Below are positions 61,874 to 64,000 of a stretch of DNA of 64,000 nt, piece after piece. The notes under the pieces are model-generated. The model saw only the letters and a program-made list of their open reading frames with translations. It was not told where the DNA came from and made no database searches. The stretch covers positions 1 to 64,000 of the forward strand of contig NW_018408827.1 of assembly GCF_002113885.1 (NCBI RefSeq), written 5' to 3'. This DNA is from Mizuhopecten yessoensis. Lineage: Eukaryota. Position 1 is the stretch's first letter. The number at the start of each line of letters is the position of its first letter. The position numbers were made by a program, and so were the translations under genes.

Positions 61874-64000
61874 GGCCTTGCGTTTGTTTTGTACGTAAAT
61901 ATTTATTATACATTACGAAAGAAAGGTTAGCATGTTTACGATTTTACAAATCCTATATTGTTCATGCATTGTAAAAAGTGCAATATGGTATCTTATCTGA
62001 GCCGGAAATATATACAACAACTGTTGATCATCAATGAAATGAAACTTATGACATTAGCTAGGCACTAAATTTTTAGGGACGACAGACGTCGCCTAAGGCT
62101 CACATGTCATCGAATGGACGTGGAAAACAGCCATGTAAACAGTTTACATAAAGGTCTCATGATCACCTCAGTAAAACAACCATATTTCAGACGCATTTCA
62201 CGTGTTCATCGGTTTTTGTCAGGACGAAAATTGCGTGTATATATTTAATACAACAACATTCAAAGTCTTTGTGATTGTTAAATATAAAAATAACAAACAA
62301 AGCGTTTCTAAGTAGCTCGCTCTAGCGCGTTCGCCTCTCTAGAGGTCTACCAGGGGCTTATTTTATTTATTGTTTTGTAATATCCATTAACATATCATTT
62401 GCCATTCGTCAGATCTCTAGTTTGATGATAGACGTCCTACAAAGACACGAGTCATTTGTAAACCGATAATGATCCTTCACTCGACACGTCACCAAAGTTT
62501 TGGTAGAACGAAGTCCCACAACCCCTGAGTGTTGTTCATCATGTCTGTTTTTCTTTTTTACTCTCGAAAGTCTATTTTCAAGAATACGAAAAATGCTGAT
62601 ATTCATTTTCTTTTTTCTAAAAGTACCTGAAGAAATGAAAATTATGAACTCCAGTTAGATAAACGTGACAACAATAGTCAACCTAAATGGAACCTCTCAG
62701 TATTTTTTGTATATTTTTTTTTTGAAATGTAACTGTTTCTTCATAAGTAAGTTATGCAGAGAAAAACAATGTTTATGAGCTGCAGCTAAAAAATATCTAT
62801 TTTGGAAAGCGAGTCGATCGTGAATTACATGTGGACATCTCATGAATACATTTTAGGTTTAACAATCTATTTACATAACTATATTTATATGTTTTTTTCA
62901 AAATGACAATAAAAAGATATTTAAAACTAAAACAAAAAACCCAGGGGCGATAGCTCACCTAAACCACCAATCTGACGACAAAAATAACTAATGAGCATGA
63001 TACTAGTTCAATCAAAGAAGTATCGGTGTTTAACAGATTGCAATATAGTAAGGCAAAAGTCTCCCTCTTCCTCGGTTGTGAAAACGCATATCGTGGTGGA
63101 TATATCTTAAGAAATGGGCTGTGCATAAATACGATTTCGTATTTAAGTTGATATCTTTCCTCATTTGAGTATGTTTCAATAATCCAGCCAGATTTACATG
63201 TTATCTTTTAACATCTTTGTGCTACTTTATACCATCTACCGGTAACATGATACATTCATTGTCATGTGTGGTCAATATATGAGAACACTCAAGAAGAAGT
63301 TGAGAACGACTTGAGAAGAACTTGAGAAGAACTTGGGAACGGATTTTCCAATTTCCTTGCATTTTGACACGTACTTTCTTAACACGAACTTCAGCTCGCG
63401 CCCGGTGATGTCTTAAACCGGAAATAGTATCCATACAATTTTAAATGTACCGAAGGTATCCGCGTAAGAAAATAGTCCCTCATAAACAAATCAAATTAAA
63501 GTTACGAAAACATATTGTGATGATTGCAACACCACTTTAAAAGAAAATGTGCAAATAGAGAAGCCAGTGACGATGATATTGTTTTGAAAAATATTTTTTT
63601 TCTACATAGTTTTATGGTTCATGGTATCTATATGCGCAAATGTTTTTGTTTGTTTACGTTTGTCACCGACCGAGTGTTTGCAATCAATGATCATTGATAG
63701 AAGAAGTCTTTTGGAAAATATGGTGTTTAGCTGACTTTTTTAAATGGAGAAATATATAAAGTAAAAGTATATAGATGATAAACAGTTTATCACACAATAT
63801 TTTCAGTGTTTGTCGTTCAAACAATTCCCTCATCACAAACACGTGGATAAAATCGAGAGGCCACCACAGTAAAGGGGTATGTTCTGAAACTTTGTAGAAT
63901 ATTCTTTAAAACAAATATTTTTGGGTTTACTTTATTTGTCTTTAACTCACAAAATTATAATATTTTCGGTAACACCAGATGATACACCATACGTTTTGTA

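Overview
AT-rich eukaryotic genomic DNA. The repeat content (Helentron/HINE-type elements with ~157-bp internal repeats, Penelope, CR1/L2 and Crypton relics, minisatellites) suggests a bivalve mollusc, but this is inference. Two spliced protein-coding genes converge tail to tail. (1) On +, a secreted 2xTSP1 + trypsin-type serine protease zymogen: probable exon 1 at 23743-23859, then 44059-44608, 44816-44940 and 52714-53394, about 490 aa. Its 20-kb and 7.8-kb introns are packed with transposon relics and a 60-bp minisatellite. (2) On -, a secreted selenocysteine glutathione peroxidase: exons 61767-61560, 57798-57557 and 57203-56916, 245 aa. The ORF track cuts it at the in-frame UGA, which is Sec69, and a well-formed type II SECIS lies in the 3' UTR at ~56244-56303. 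Its promoter has a TATA box and a stack of DR1 nuclear-receptor sites. The gene-free 5' third holds a minimal type I hammerhead ribozyme motif (15220-15263) in a ~365-bp tandem LTR-like unit, plus Penelope RT relics, HINEs, fold-back hairpins and tandem arrays. Most short ORFs in the track are spurious. All calls were made by eye; no searches were run.
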